Assembly (NCBI GenBank): GCA_027028245.1
Contig: JALVJO010000038.1
Coordinates: 17,545-81,544, forward strand
DNA: 64,000 bases
Source: Deltaproteobacteria bacterium
GTDB lineage: Bacteria; Desulfobacterota; Dissulfuribacteria; Dissulfuribacterales; QOAL01
Reading direction: 5' to 3'
Shown here: positions 29,969 to 39,363 of the stretch, in pieces
Layout of the letters: every line of letters begins with the position of its first letter
How positions within the stretch are numbered: position 1 is the stretch's first letter
Made by a program: the position numbers and the translations under genes
Notes under the pieces: model-generated
What the model saw: the letters and a program-made list of their open reading frames with translations, nothing else
Told to the model about the DNA's origin: nothing
Database searches by the model: none

Positions 29969-31411
29969 TCACGCTGCACCTCTGCCAAGAAGAACAGCAG
30001 GAATTGTCTTCATCAAAATGAGTACATCCAGCCCCAGAGACCAGCGGTCGATGTATTTCAAGTCCATCTGTATCCATTTTTCAAAAGGAATATCGCTCCT
30101 GCCGTTTATCTGCCAAAGACCTGTAATACCGGGTCTCACACTGAAGCGCCTGTTGAACCACTGCTTATCAAATTCCCGATAGTCTCGAACCGGCAGGGGT
30201 CTTGGACCTACAAGGCTCATGTCTCCTTTAAGCACATTGAGCAGCTGAGGCAGTTCATCTATACTGCTTTTCCTCAAAAATTTACCAATGGGTGTGATGC
30301 GGGGATCGTCTTTGATCTTGAATACAGGTCCGCTGGCTTCATTATATTTTTCCAGGTCTTTCTGCATCTCCTCTGCATTTGGTACCATTGTACGAAACTT
30401 GTAAAGACGAAACAGCCTTTTGTTTCTGCCCAGCCGTTCCTGAATGAAAAAAACAGGTCCCGGGGATGCCATCTTAATGGCAATGGCTGTTATTAGAAAA
30501 ACCGGAGAAAGTATTACAAGAAGGGCCATTGACAGGCTGATATCCATGAATCTCTTGATGATGAGGGCTCCCGAGTTCATGTTGCCAGTATAAAGGCTTA
30601 TGAAGGTATCTTCACCGAACTGCTCTATTCTGGACTTTGCCAGGCTGAGAAAAAATAGGTCTGCTACGAGCCTTACAACTATTCCCTGTTCAACGCATAA
30701 ATCGATTATTCTGCTGTATATATCGTAGTAGTGTTTTATTGGCAGACATATTATTACTTCATCTACCACATTTTCCCTGAGATAATCCCCGAATTTCTGC
30801 AGCGGAATCAAGGGATACTTGCGCTTATAGCCTTCGCATTCCGCACATACCCACTCCTTGTCGACAAAACCCACCACATCGTAGCCTAGTTCAGGTTTCT
30901 CAAGGATCTTTTCAGCAAATTTAATAGCATGGGAGTTTGTTCCTACTATCAATAGGTTCCTGAGATTGCGGCCGTATCTCCTGACGCGTCCGAGAAAAAA
31001 CCGGAGCAGAAATCTTACAATAATCATCAAGGTTATATTTGCAGCACAAAATACTATTATAAAAAGCGTATTGACCAGGACTATATTGAATAGGAAGGCG
31101 GCCACGTAGAGAAATCCTGTTGCCAGCGCATTGGCCTTAATTATGTCAACGACCTCCATCCAAAAGGATGAAAGTCTTCTGGAATAATAAAGACCAGACA
31201 TGGAAAAGATGATGTGCCAGGAGAGGAGAAGACCGCAAAACAGAAGCAGGTTTTGCAGACTTATTCGTATGGCCAGAAACTCTTCCAGGGAAACTATGCC
31301 CAGTTCATTTTTTACAGCAAGGGTGGCCAGTGAAAATGAACAGACAAGAATAAAGGTATCAGCAAGCTGGAAGCTTCGAAGCAGTATATCTCGACGTTCC
31401 AAGATCACCAT
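29969..31411 (-). CDS. Priming polyprenyl-phosphate sugar-1-phosphate transferase (WcaJ/GumD-like)
   Basis: KRFMDI, YKFRTM, DPRIT.IG.FLRKSSIDELPQL, SLVGPRP and PGITGLWQ motifs. Confidence 0.95.
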   Translation of the reverse strand: MVILERRDILLRSFQLADTFILVCSFSLATLAVKNELGIVSLEEFLAIRISLQNLLLFCGLLLSWHIIFSMSGLYYSRRLSSFWMEVVDIIKANALATGFLYVAAFLFNIVLVNTLFIIVFCAANITLMIIVRFLLRFFLGRVRRYGRNLRNLLIVGTNSHAIKFAEKILEKPELGYDVVGFVDKEWVCAECEGYKRKYPLIPLQKFGDYLRENVVDEVIICLPIKHYYDIYSRIIDLCVEQGIVVRLVADLFFLSLAKSRIEQFGEDTFISLYTGNMNSGALIIKRFMDISLSMALLVILSPVFLITAIAIKMASPGPVFFIQERLGRNKRLFRLYKFRTMVPNAEEMQKDLEKYNEASGPVFKIKDDPRITPIGKFLRKSSIDELPQLLNVLKGDMSLVGPRPLPVRDYREFDKQWFNRRFSVRPGITGLWQINGRSDIPFEKWIQMDLKYIDRWSLGLDVLILMKTIPAVLLGRGAA

Positions 31412-31923
31412 AAAACACCCTTGATGGCATGTAATGTCGGCATGAACTGGAGATTATTTCGGAGTGTCCAAAAATATCGAGAGAATCTGCGGAAAAATTC
31501 GGCTAAATTGCCTGGAGATACAAAGAGATTGAAACAAATAAATAAGAGATTCATATGCCGCATCTAAAAATCTCCCCCTGCCTCACATCTCGAGGATTCT
31601 TGAATAGGTAAAAAATTATAAGAACTATATCATTTCATGGAACCTAACAAAAGGAATTTTCTGGGGCAACAGGCCAAGGAGCTGGTGCTGTTCAAGGCAG
31701 ATTGCTCTCTGAAGTCCTATTCCACAGGCCAGCTGGACGATAAATTTGAACACACTTCAAGAACGTTCCGGCATGGAGCCTTTTGACCTGAGGGTATCTG
31801 ATGTATTCTGGGAAGGGCAGAAAAAAAGCGGAAGGCCGGAAAAGACCTGCCTGATAAACAGTTGGCTGTTGCCTTACAAAAGCTGTACCGTATAATAGAA
31901 CAATTTTTCCAAAGGCAGCATCA

Positions 31924-33123
31924 ATGGATATCCTTTTTCTTATAATCGGAGTGGTTTTTTTCCTTTCCCTTATATATCTCTATTTTCTGGCTGCAGCATC
32001 CCTGTGGCCCGGGGGAAAGACCCTGGATAAGACCAAAAAGAAGATCAAATTTGCCATTCTTATTCCTGCCCATAATGAATCGAACATACTTTTGCGGACC
32101 ATAAATAGTATAAGAAACGTCGATTATCCGTCGGATCTCTACCAGATATTTGTTGTAGCAGACAACTGCGATGATAATACCGCTGAAATTGCCAGAAGGG
32201 CAGGAGCTGTATGCTGGGAAAGGAAATCACGTGACTTCGGAAAGGGATTTGCCCTTAAATTCGGCTTTGAAAAATTGCTGGAATACGAAAAGGCTGCAGC
32301 AGGCAACCCTGCTGACAATTCAAAACTGTTTGACGCGTATTTGCAAATTGACGCCGATACATTCATAGACAAAGGATTTCTACAGGCATTAAGTCACCGC
32401 ATCCAGAATGGGGCCAAGGCGGTACAGTGCAATGCCATTATTCTCCACCCTGAACGTTCGCCCATGGAAAGCCTTGCCTATCTTGGCTCGGTCCTTAACC
32501 GAACCCTCCGATATAAAGGAAGAACCAGATTAGGATTTACCACAAATTTGATCGGAACAATGTGTTTCGCCAGCGAAGTAATCAGGAAATTCGGCTGGAC
32601 TGCCACGTCTTTGGTGGAAGACATGGAATATACCATGTTCCTCCACTTGAACGACGTCAGGGTTGTTTTTGCACCTGAAGCGAAGATTTATATTGAAATA
32701 CCCAAAACCTTCAAGGAAGCAAGACATCAGAGAAAACGCTGGGACGGCGGAAAATTCAAAATTCGAAACAGCTATCTTGCCAAGCTCATTTTGGAAGGGA
32801 TTAAAAAACGGGATATGAGTTATTTTGACAGCGCCATGGAGCTGCTGATCCCGCCCTTTTCAATATACGCCTTTCTAATAATCTTCTTTTTTATTCTTTT
32901 TCTGCTCCTTGACTTCCATGGGCCCAATCTGAATTTTTTCATCTGGGTAACAGTTATGTCAGGGCTGTTGATATATGTGGCTGCCGGTCTCATACTTGCC
33001 AGAACAAGCCTGAAAGTTTACCAGAATCTGCTCTATGCTCCCTACTATCTGCTTTGGAGAAGCTGGATAGTACTGCAGCACACATTAAGCAAAAAAGAAC
33101 TTCAATTTTATGAGAACAAATGA
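31924..33123 (+). CDS. Membrane GT2 glycosyltransferase (paralog of 26475-27635)
   Basis: LIPAHNE, VADNC, GKGFAL, IDAD, VED and QRKRW motifs. Confidence 0.9.
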   Translation: MDILFLIIGVVFFLSLIYLYFLAAASLWPGGKTLDKTKKKIKFAILIPAHNESNILLRTINSIRNVDYPSDLYQIFVVADNCDDNTAEIARRAGAVCWERKSRDFGKGFALKFGFEKLLEYEKAAAGNPADNSKLFDAYLQIDADTFIDKGFLQALSHRIQNGAKAVQCNAIILHPERSPMESLAYLGSVLNRTLRYKGRTRLGFTTNLIGTMCFASEVIRKFGWTATSLVEDMEYTMFLHLNDVRVVFAPEAKIYIEIPKTFKEARHQRKRWDGGKFKIRNSYLAKLILEGIKKRDMSYFDSAMELLIPPFSIYAFLIIFFFILFLLLDFHGPNLNFFIWVTVMSGLLIYVAAGLILARTSLKVYQNLLYAPYYLLWRSWIVLQHTLSKKELQFYENK

Positions 33124-33202
33124 GCACCAACAGTTGTAACAGTATGTTTGCGAAAGCTCCTGACTTTACTCGATCCTGTTCTCCAAGCATCATGATCATG
33201 AA

Positions 33203-33455
33203 CCCGGATTATGCAGCTCGTAAGTTTGCCGAAGGTGCAAGGAGACGTACTATAAGTACTTCAAGTGCCCGATCCCGCGGCACCGCGGGACAAATTCGGT
33301 GAAATTGCGAGCCTCTTGTGGCTCAAATGCCGAATGTTTTTGCTGTTGAAACCTGTCACCATTTAAGTGAATATTTTCTGGCATAATATTAACGATAACC
33401 CACTTAAATTATTAAATAAAATATTTTGTTCGGCATTTGAAGTGCATAATTTGGG
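33203..33455. mobile_element. MITE copy 5 (complete, 253 bp)
   Basis: Ends CCCGGATTATGCA and TGCATAATTTGGG, with perfect 5-bp direct repeat ATGAA (33198-33202 and 33456-33460). Confidence 0.92.
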
Positions 33456-33555
33456 ATGAAGGCCCCCCAAAAAGTCGAGCAGCATTTTTTAGCCCTGTAT
33501 GTTAAAATCTATAAAATCAAAATCTATAAAATTTGTTGAGCAAAGGAGAACAACC

Positions 33556-33948
33556 ATGGCGAAATCCGAGGGGAGATTATTTGACAAAGTCAGTGTCTGC
33601 AAAATACTGCTCTGTTCTGTTGTCTTATCTGTCTTCATGATGGGCTCAGCATACGGCCATTCTCCAGTACTATGGTGCTACGTGCAAGACGGGCAAGTTC
33701 ATGTAGAAGCATTTTTCATGGGTGGGACCAAGATACAAAACGCCAAGATATACGTGGTGGACAAGAACGGCAATAAACTCCTGGAAGGAAAGACCAATGA
33801 AAAGGGATTATTCCATTTCACCCCGCCGGTGAAAGATGATATGACCATACTTCTTAGGATAGATTCCGGACACAGTGCCGAGTTCACAATTACAAAACAG
33901 GACTTCCTGGATGCTGAAAAAGAACAGGAACGGGCGACACCAAAATGA
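33556..33948 (+). CDS. Small periplasmic protein, CbiL-like Co/Ni transport accessory
   Basis: RBS AAAGGAG; signal ending AYG-H; LLEGKTNEKGLFHF and DSGH motifs. Confidence 0.6.
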   Translation: MAKSEGRLFDKVSVCKILLCSVVLSVFMMGSAYGHSPVLWCYVQDGQVHVEAFFMGGTKIQNAKIYVVDKNGNKLLEGKTNEKGLFHFTPPVKDDMTILLRIDSGHSAEFTITKQDFLDAEKEQERATPK

Positions 33949-33963
33949 GCCTCTCTTATCTTA

Positions 33964-34974
33964 TCAGTCCCGGGTTAAAACCCGTCCTCCACGGACAGCA
34001 CGTACAAAATAACGCCTGTTCTTGAATCCGCCCCTGTAAGGCTTTCCGTTTGAAAAATCCACAACCCAGGCCATATAGGGTGCATCCTCGCAGGTCGTGC
34101 TAGACCAATAGGCTCCGGCCCTTGCTCCTGGAAAAAACCTGCTGTTTACAAGGGGCAGCTTATCACGGAAAACCACTATACTTAATAATTCCTTGATATT
34201 GGGAAGTCTCCAGTCTGTAAAACCCCCGAGCTGGAGACCTTGGCAATATTTTAGTGCCTGTTTCCATGTCATGGGTTCCTGTTCATCGGCCTGAAACATC
34301 AGGCCAGAGGTTTCATCAGTGACTGTTCCATTGGTGCTCTTTAGAAACCTTCCAGTGGTCAAAGACGCACCTTTTACCGCAAGAACCTTCAGTTTTTCAT
34401 CTATGTCAAATATTTTTACCTCATTGGCAGCAGAGCAGTATCCAATGGCTTCCCGGGTATTTCCAAGACTGGTAACAGACCAGAAACAATCACTTACATC
34501 ACCGGCTGCATTGAAAACAGCAAAGACTATTCCCTGGTCGGAACCGAATGAACCAAGGGTTTCAAGTTCATATATAGTGGGAAGTCTCCACTTTTCTCCA
34601 CTCTTACTACATTGGCTATCCACAGCATCCAGGGCCTCGCTCCAGGTTGCACCCTGGGAGTTTATTTTCCTCCAGGTCAAACCAGTAACCTGATCCAATA
34701 CGATGTACTCCTGACCCTGTTCAATCACCGAATAAGAAGGCTTATTGATGAGATAGTTTCCGTCTTCTCCGAAAAAGGCCTCACCGGGCTTAGGACATGG
34801 AATCAGCCTGGAATCGTCAAAACAATGTTGCTGGCCCGTATCCGGCAGGAACATCTCGACAGCTGTGGTATTCGTACATTCAAGCCCGTGGTCCTGGTCA
34901 CCAGCGTTGGCCTGAACAGTAATTATTCCTGCAGTCATGGTTACTGCAAGCCAAATATAAAGACACCTTTTCAT
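33964..34974 (-). CDS. Secreted protein with two DUF1566 (Lcl C-terminal) domains
   Basis: LPDTGQ..CFD start. DxxTGLxW...WRLPxIxEL...YWS occurs twice, ending in VRAVRGG. Confidence 0.85.
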   Translation of the reverse strand: MKRCLYIWLAVTMTAGIITVQANAGDQDHGLECTNTTAVEMFLPDTGQQHCFDDSRLIPCPKPGEAFFGEDGNYLINKPSYSVIEQGQEYIVLDQVTGLTWRKINSQGATWSEALDAVDSQCSKSGEKWRLPTIYELETLGSFGSDQGIVFAVFNAAGDVSDCFWSVTSLGNTREAIGYCSAANEVKIFDIDEKLKVLAVKGASLTTGRFLKSTNGTVTDETSGLMFQADEQEPMTWKQALKYCQGLQLGGFTDWRLPNIKELLSIVVFRDKLPLVNSRFFPGARAGAYWSSTTCEDAPYMAWVVDFSNGKPYRGGFKNRRYFVRAVRGGRVLTRD

Positions 34975-34990
34975 GCCGTCTCCATGCCTG

Positions 34991-35833
34991 CTATTTGACG
35001 ATACTGTGAGCCACACCGTGACACCTGCCGCAGGAACCGAATTTTTTGAACATGACAGAAGGATGAGGCTGGCCGTGGCATTGCCTGCACCTTTTTATGG
35101 TCTTGTGTTTGTCAGGATGACATCTCGTACAGGACAGGGCGGAATGTTTTGTTCGGCTTTTTTTCAGCATCTCGTAAGCCTTTCTGTGGCAGAGGGCACA
35201 ATCCTCTGGGGATCTTTCATTGGAATACCTGACATTCAGTGCCTTGTGAGCTTGATGACATGCCTTACAGCCGTCAAGCGAAGTCGCAACCGGTTTGAAA
35301 CCCGCCTTGACCAATACCACACCCTGATGAGGCTGGTGACATTCCAGGCATTCCGGAATGTAACCATGCCTGGTGTGGTGACAAACCGTGCAGTGAAACT
35401 CAGAATGCTTGGTGGTAAAGGTCATGACCTCTTTATACAGCTTTTGGTGGCAGACCCGGCACCCCTCTGCCAGATACAGGGTTGCCGGGATATCAAGGGG
35501 AGTGTGGGCCTCAGTGTGACAGCTGCTGCAATCTGTCAACTCTTTCCCGTGCGGATGCCCATGGCACCTGGAACACTTGGGTAAAATATCCTGATAATCT
35601 GTCTTCCCCGGTTTATAAACGTGAAATTTCCGGTGGCAGCTCCTGCATGCCACCCGTTTATGACCAGCCCCGTTTATCCTTAAAAGCTTTGCAATAATCG
35701 GATGACACCTCATACATTCCTGTCGTGTAAGCCTGTCAGGATGTGGAGGATAAAGCCCATCTGCCCAGACAAATCCTGCCCCTGCCAGGAAACACAGCCA
35801 AAGGATAAAGACTGCCTGCAGGTTCATGGACAT
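34991..35833 (-). CDS. Periplasmic dodecaheme c-type cytochrome
   Basis: Signal peptide; 12 CxxCH motifs counted. Confidence 0.93.
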   Translation of the reverse strand: MSMNLQAVFILWLCFLAGAGFVWADGLYPPHPDRLTRQECMRCHPIIAKLLRINGAGHKRVACRSCHRKFHVYKPGKTDYQDILPKCSRCHGHPHGKELTDCSSCHTEAHTPLDIPATLYLAEGCRVCHQKLYKEVMTFTTKHSEFHCTVCHHTRHGYIPECLECHQPHQGVVLVKAGFKPVATSLDGCKACHQAHKALNVRYSNERSPEDCALCHRKAYEMLKKSRTKHSALSCTRCHPDKHKTIKRCRQCHGQPHPSVMFKKFGSCGRCHGVAHSIVK

Positions 35834-37179
35834 GCTGCCCTTTTATCCATTCCGGGCACTAACAGTGCTCCCATGCATCTGTGATCAAAGGTCTTCAGAT
35901 ATGGTATATCCAGATACTTGCCGGCATCTACAGCCGGGGATGTGTCCAAAATGGAAAAATCATAATTGTCAGGATCAGAAAAACGCGGATCTGCCAGTAT
36001 ATCTCCGCGGCCTTCAGACGGACAACCACCGTACTGCATCCTCCTTGAAAGGAAGGCGTGGTCCCTGTCCCGGTTAAATTCCGGGATCTGGCCGTTTGCA
36101 AAAATAAGATTGCTGGAAAAGTTGCCGCAGCGGGTTACCAGAAGGCCTGTACGTATGTTGTAGACAATGATGTTATTTGCAATATCGGCCGTGGCATTGC
36201 TGTCAATTCTAACCCCTGCCCCTTCATTTCTGCTGCCGTTTGAAACTATGGTATTATGGTAAATATTAATGGGCCCTGGTGCGGAATAAGTATCCGTTGC
36301 GGAAAGACAGGCGATTCCCGATTCCAGGTTGTTGTAAATCCAGTTATTCATGATTCCCAGGGAACCTGTACAGCCTCCACGGATAAAAATGCCCGCCTTC
36401 TTGTTGAAAAAGATTCGGTTTTCAACCACGTCTACGACAGGAAAACCAGATGTCCTGCTTTGTCCGTAGACACCAGAAGTGCCGTTTGAGAAAATATCAT
36501 TTCCGGCTGCGGCCAGTCGTACTCGGCCTTCAACACGCAGGCCTGCCCTTGCATTTTCATGGATCTGATTCATTGAAGCGTATATATGCAGGCCACTATC
36601 AGAGGAGACTGCGGCATACAGGCCGGCCTGGCCGTTTAAGAATATATCGCTCTCTATTATCCCAACCGAGGTTTCCCAGAAGCTTTCTTGTTCAATCTTC
36701 CTGATTCGTATCCCAGCGCCCTGGTTGTTAAATATACCCAAGTGCCTGCAATCCAGTCTCAAAATATTCCTGGCATCCAAGCCTGCACGTTGATTTCCAT
36801 AAATTCTGGAGTTTTCCACGTAAACATTTGCATTTTTTTCAATTCTGATGCCCCCTCTGCCGTTTCCATAAATATCGCATTCTGTCACCCTTACAGGCAG
36901 GGAACCGCGAATTCTCACGCCGCTTCTGTTGTTTTCATATATTTCATTTTTTTCCATGACCGCCTTGAATATTCCGGGATCAGGCAAAAAATTCCCTGTC
37001 TTCATCTCCCTTTTCACACCATCGGTACTGGTGGAGCCTGCTGCAGGAAAAAAACTCTGGAACTGACGCTCCTGAAGACTGCAGCCGGAAACAGGAATCA
37101 GGGGCACCAGACACAGCAAAAGAATCAGGCGAAAGTTGCGTTTGGTGCTGCTGCTCGGCTGGCCTTTTTTCATATCCAT
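35824..37179 (-). CDS. Parallel beta-helix lipoprotein
   Basis: Lipobox VSGC, NxIxxNxxAGI repeats, and C-terminal ILADPRF...SPAVDAG. Confidence 0.82.
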   Translation of the reverse strand: MDMKKGQPSSSTKRNFRLILLLCLVPLIPVSGCSLQERQFQSFFPAAGSTSTDGVKREMKTGNFLPDPGIFKAVMEKNEIYENNRSGVRIRGSLPVRVTECDIYGNGRGGIRIEKNANVYVENSRIYGNQRAGLDARNILRLDCRHLGIFNNQGAGIRIRKIEQESFWETSVGIIESDIFLNGQAGLYAAVSSDSGLHIYASMNQIHENARAGLRVEGRVRLAAAGNDIFSNGTSGVYGQSRTSGFPVVDVVENRIFFNKKAGIFIRGGCTGSLGIMNNWIYNNLESGIACLSATDTYSAPGPINIYHNTIVSNGSRNEGAGVRIDSNATADIANNIIVYNIRTGLLVTRCGNFSSNLIFANGQIPEFNRDRDHAFLSRRMQYGGCPSEGRGDILADPRFSDPDNYDFSILDTSPAVDAGKYLDIPYLKTFDHRCMGALLVPGMDKRAACP

Positions 37180-37182
37180 TTG

Positions 37183-38628
37183 TTAAAAAAACCTCTTGGA
37201 CAGGCCTGCGTGTATGACATAATCTTCAATCCAGCCGTTCTCCTGTTTCACCAACGGAACCCTGCCGCCTATCTCAAGTTTCAGGCCTTCGGCTACAAAA
37301 AACTGGAGACAGGGGGAAATAAAGAGACTGTTTCCGCCTTTGTCGGTCACCCAGGTATCTACAGGCACAGGACCTCCCGGGAGCCGCTGGGGTGTTATGA
37401 CGTCCGGCCTTCCTTTCATTGCCAGGATGTGCTGCTTTCTTCTGACATGTCCCCGCCAACGGTAGTTGAATTCAAGATCTCCGTATACCGAAGGATTAAG
37501 GGGATACAGGAAGGCAGCTCCCATGTTGAATTCATCTCCGACATGCTGCCCGTTGGTAAACTTGTATGAAACGTTGATGTTTGTCTGGACTTTGTTCAGC
37601 TCTGTACTAAGGGCCAGTCCAGGCATGAAATCTACACTTCCGGAGCCCAGCGGAATCCAGCGCCAGACATCCTCCTGACGGACATCCTTGTCCTTGCCGA
37701 TAGCATTTTGATCTCCAGTGGGAATGGACAAAAGGTGAAAAAAGGCAAGATGAGTCTTTCTCTTGCCCCAAAGATGATATTTGGTGAAAAAAACAGTGTC
37801 GCCAAAGCCGGATACATTGAATTCTGCCTTTGCATCAGGGCCCGGCACCGACTCCAGATTCACATCCACTGTTTTCCAGAAATATTTCCCGATAATACCC
37901 ATGGTCAATTTGTCCGTCACCGCATACCGCATGCCCATAATCAAGGTCTTCACATGAACGCTGCGTTCTTCTGCCGGGTAGAACAACGGAGAGCCTTGCT
38001 CGTACATATCGTCGGCAATGGTTGCAGTCTGGTGCCAGAAACGGAACAATGTGTCAAAAAGAAGTTTTCCCCTGGGCATGGGAAAGGCACTGATTCGATT
38101 GAAGGACGGATTGGTAACCATCCTGTGGTAAGGAAGCAGGTTCAGATCGAAATTGTGCAGTCTTTTGTAAATGTATTGAAGATTATTCTGTGCTGCCCTG
38201 CAATCAGGAAAGCTTTCCAGGAGTTTCTCCAGCTGGCTGGCCGCTTCTTCCAGTTTTCCCTGCATCCGGTAGATTTCAGCCGTATTTAGCATGGAATCTA
38301 CCAGCAGCTGCTTTGAGCCCGGCTGAGACATGAGAAAATCGCTGGAAAGGATCTGGATCTTTACCTGTTCGAACTCTCTTCGGGCAAGCCCCAGCCGGCC
38401 CTGCTGCATGTGGATCTTTCCCAGCCTCAGCTTGGCTTCTACCAGAAGCGGACACAGGTCAAGGGCTTTTTCCAGGCAGTATGTCTGGCGGTGGACATCG
38501 TGAAATGAGGCGGTTGCCTCCTGCAGCCATTCCCAGGCCTTGTCGCAATCATCCGCTCGAAGCCCGCACGGGAAACTCCATTCCAATAAAATGGCCAGAA
38601 TTATTATTGTCTTTTCCAGACGTGACAT
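37183..38628 (-). CDS. TPR-containing outer-membrane beta-barrel (MetA-pathway 'transporter'-like)
   Basis: Signal peptide and N-terminal TPR-like helices. GFGD, SIPTG and LGSGS motifs, alternating beta strands, terminal Phe. Confidence 0.7.
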   Translation of the reverse strand: MSRLEKTIIILAILLEWSFPCGLRADDCDKAWEWLQEATASFHDVHRQTYCLEKALDLCPLLVEAKLRLGKIHMQQGRLGLARREFEQVKIQILSSDFLMSQPGSKQLLVDSMLNTAEIYRMQGKLEEAASQLEKLLESFPDCRAAQNNLQYIYKRLHNFDLNLLPYHRMVTNPSFNRISAFPMPRGKLLFDTLFRFWHQTATIADDMYEQGSPLFYPAEERSVHVKTLIMGMRYAVTDKLTMGIIGKYFWKTVDVNLESVPGPDAKAEFNVSGFGDTVFFTKYHLWGKRKTHLAFFHLLSIPTGDQNAIGKDKDVRQEDVWRWIPLGSGSVDFMPGLALSTELNKVQTNINVSYKFTNGQHVGDEFNMGAAFLYPLNPSVYGDLEFNYRWRGHVRRKQHILAMKGRPDVITPQRLPGGPVPVDTWVTDKGGNSLFISPCLQFFVAEGLKLEIGGRVPLVKQENGWIEDYVIHAGLSKRFF

Positions 38629-38637
38629 CTCCTTTAA

Positions 38638-39363
38638 TCAACTCTGCCTGCATATTGGACAGGATGGATTCCTGACAAGTTCCAGTTCCTGGAATTTCAT
38701 GGCCTCAAAATCCATGATTAACATCCGGCCGGAAAGTGCCATTTTCCTGCCGGAGAGAAACTTTAAGGCCTCCATGGCCTGCATACTGCCGGTGGCACTG
38801 GTTACTGCTCCAAGGACAGGGGTGCATTCGGATTCCGGTGCGGACGGAAACACACAAGAAATACAAGGGGTGTGGGGAGGCTGAAAGACTGCCACACGTC
38901 CTTCCATACCCCAGACAGCCCCGTGGATCATGGGAATCCCCTTTTTAAGGGCACACTGGCTCAATGCATAACGGGCCTCAAAGTTATCCAGGCAGTCTAT
39001 TATAATCTGGGCGTCGCCCACCAGTTCATTGACATTTTCAGAAGTGATCTTTTTATCGATTGTTTCGATTCCAGAGTCCGGGTTCAATCCCCTGAGGCAT
39101 TCTTTGGCAGAACTCGTCTTTTTGGCCCCTATATGAACATCCCTGTGAAGAAACTGACGATTAAGATTGGTTATGTCCACCATGTCAGAATCACATATCC
39201 TGATTATGCCTATTCCTGCAAGTGCCAGGTTGAGTGCTACTGGACAACCCAGTCCTCCTATCCCGGCAACAAAAACCCTGCTGTTCCTCAGCCTTACCTG
39301 GGTGTCAACCCCCCAGCCCTCCAGCAGGATCTGCCTGTTGTATCTATCAAATCTTTCCCTCAT
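38638..39363 (-). CDS. ThiF/MoeB/HesA E1-like adenylyltransferase (no rhodanese domain)
   Basis: RYNRQI, GIGGLG, DxDxVDxTNLNRQ, DCLDN, and two CxxC pairs (PCISC, SCPIC). Confidence 0.93.
   Translation of the reverse strand: MRERFDRYNRQILLEGWGVDTQVRLRNSRVFVAGIGGLGCPVALNLALAGIGIIRICDSDMVDITNLNRQFLHRDVHIGAKKTSSAKECLRGLNPDSGIETIDKKITSENVNELVGDAQIIIDCLDNFEARYALSQCALKKGIPMIHGAVWGMEGRVAVFQPPHTPCISCVFPSAPESECTPVLGAVTSATGSMQAMEALKFLSGRKMALSGRMLIMDFEAMKFQELELVRNPSCPICRQS

Noticed and set aside
31637-31786. 49-codon ORF between the divergent EPS genes
   Set aside because: No clear RBS or recognisable motif. It lies in a probable promoter region.
2835-33302. Short similar ORFs (2835-3062, 15704-15991, 15788-15982, 23831-24157, 23925-24161, 33120-33302) that look like a peptide family
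   Set aside because: All are chance frames through MITE copies. Starts, stops and frames are not conserved between copies.
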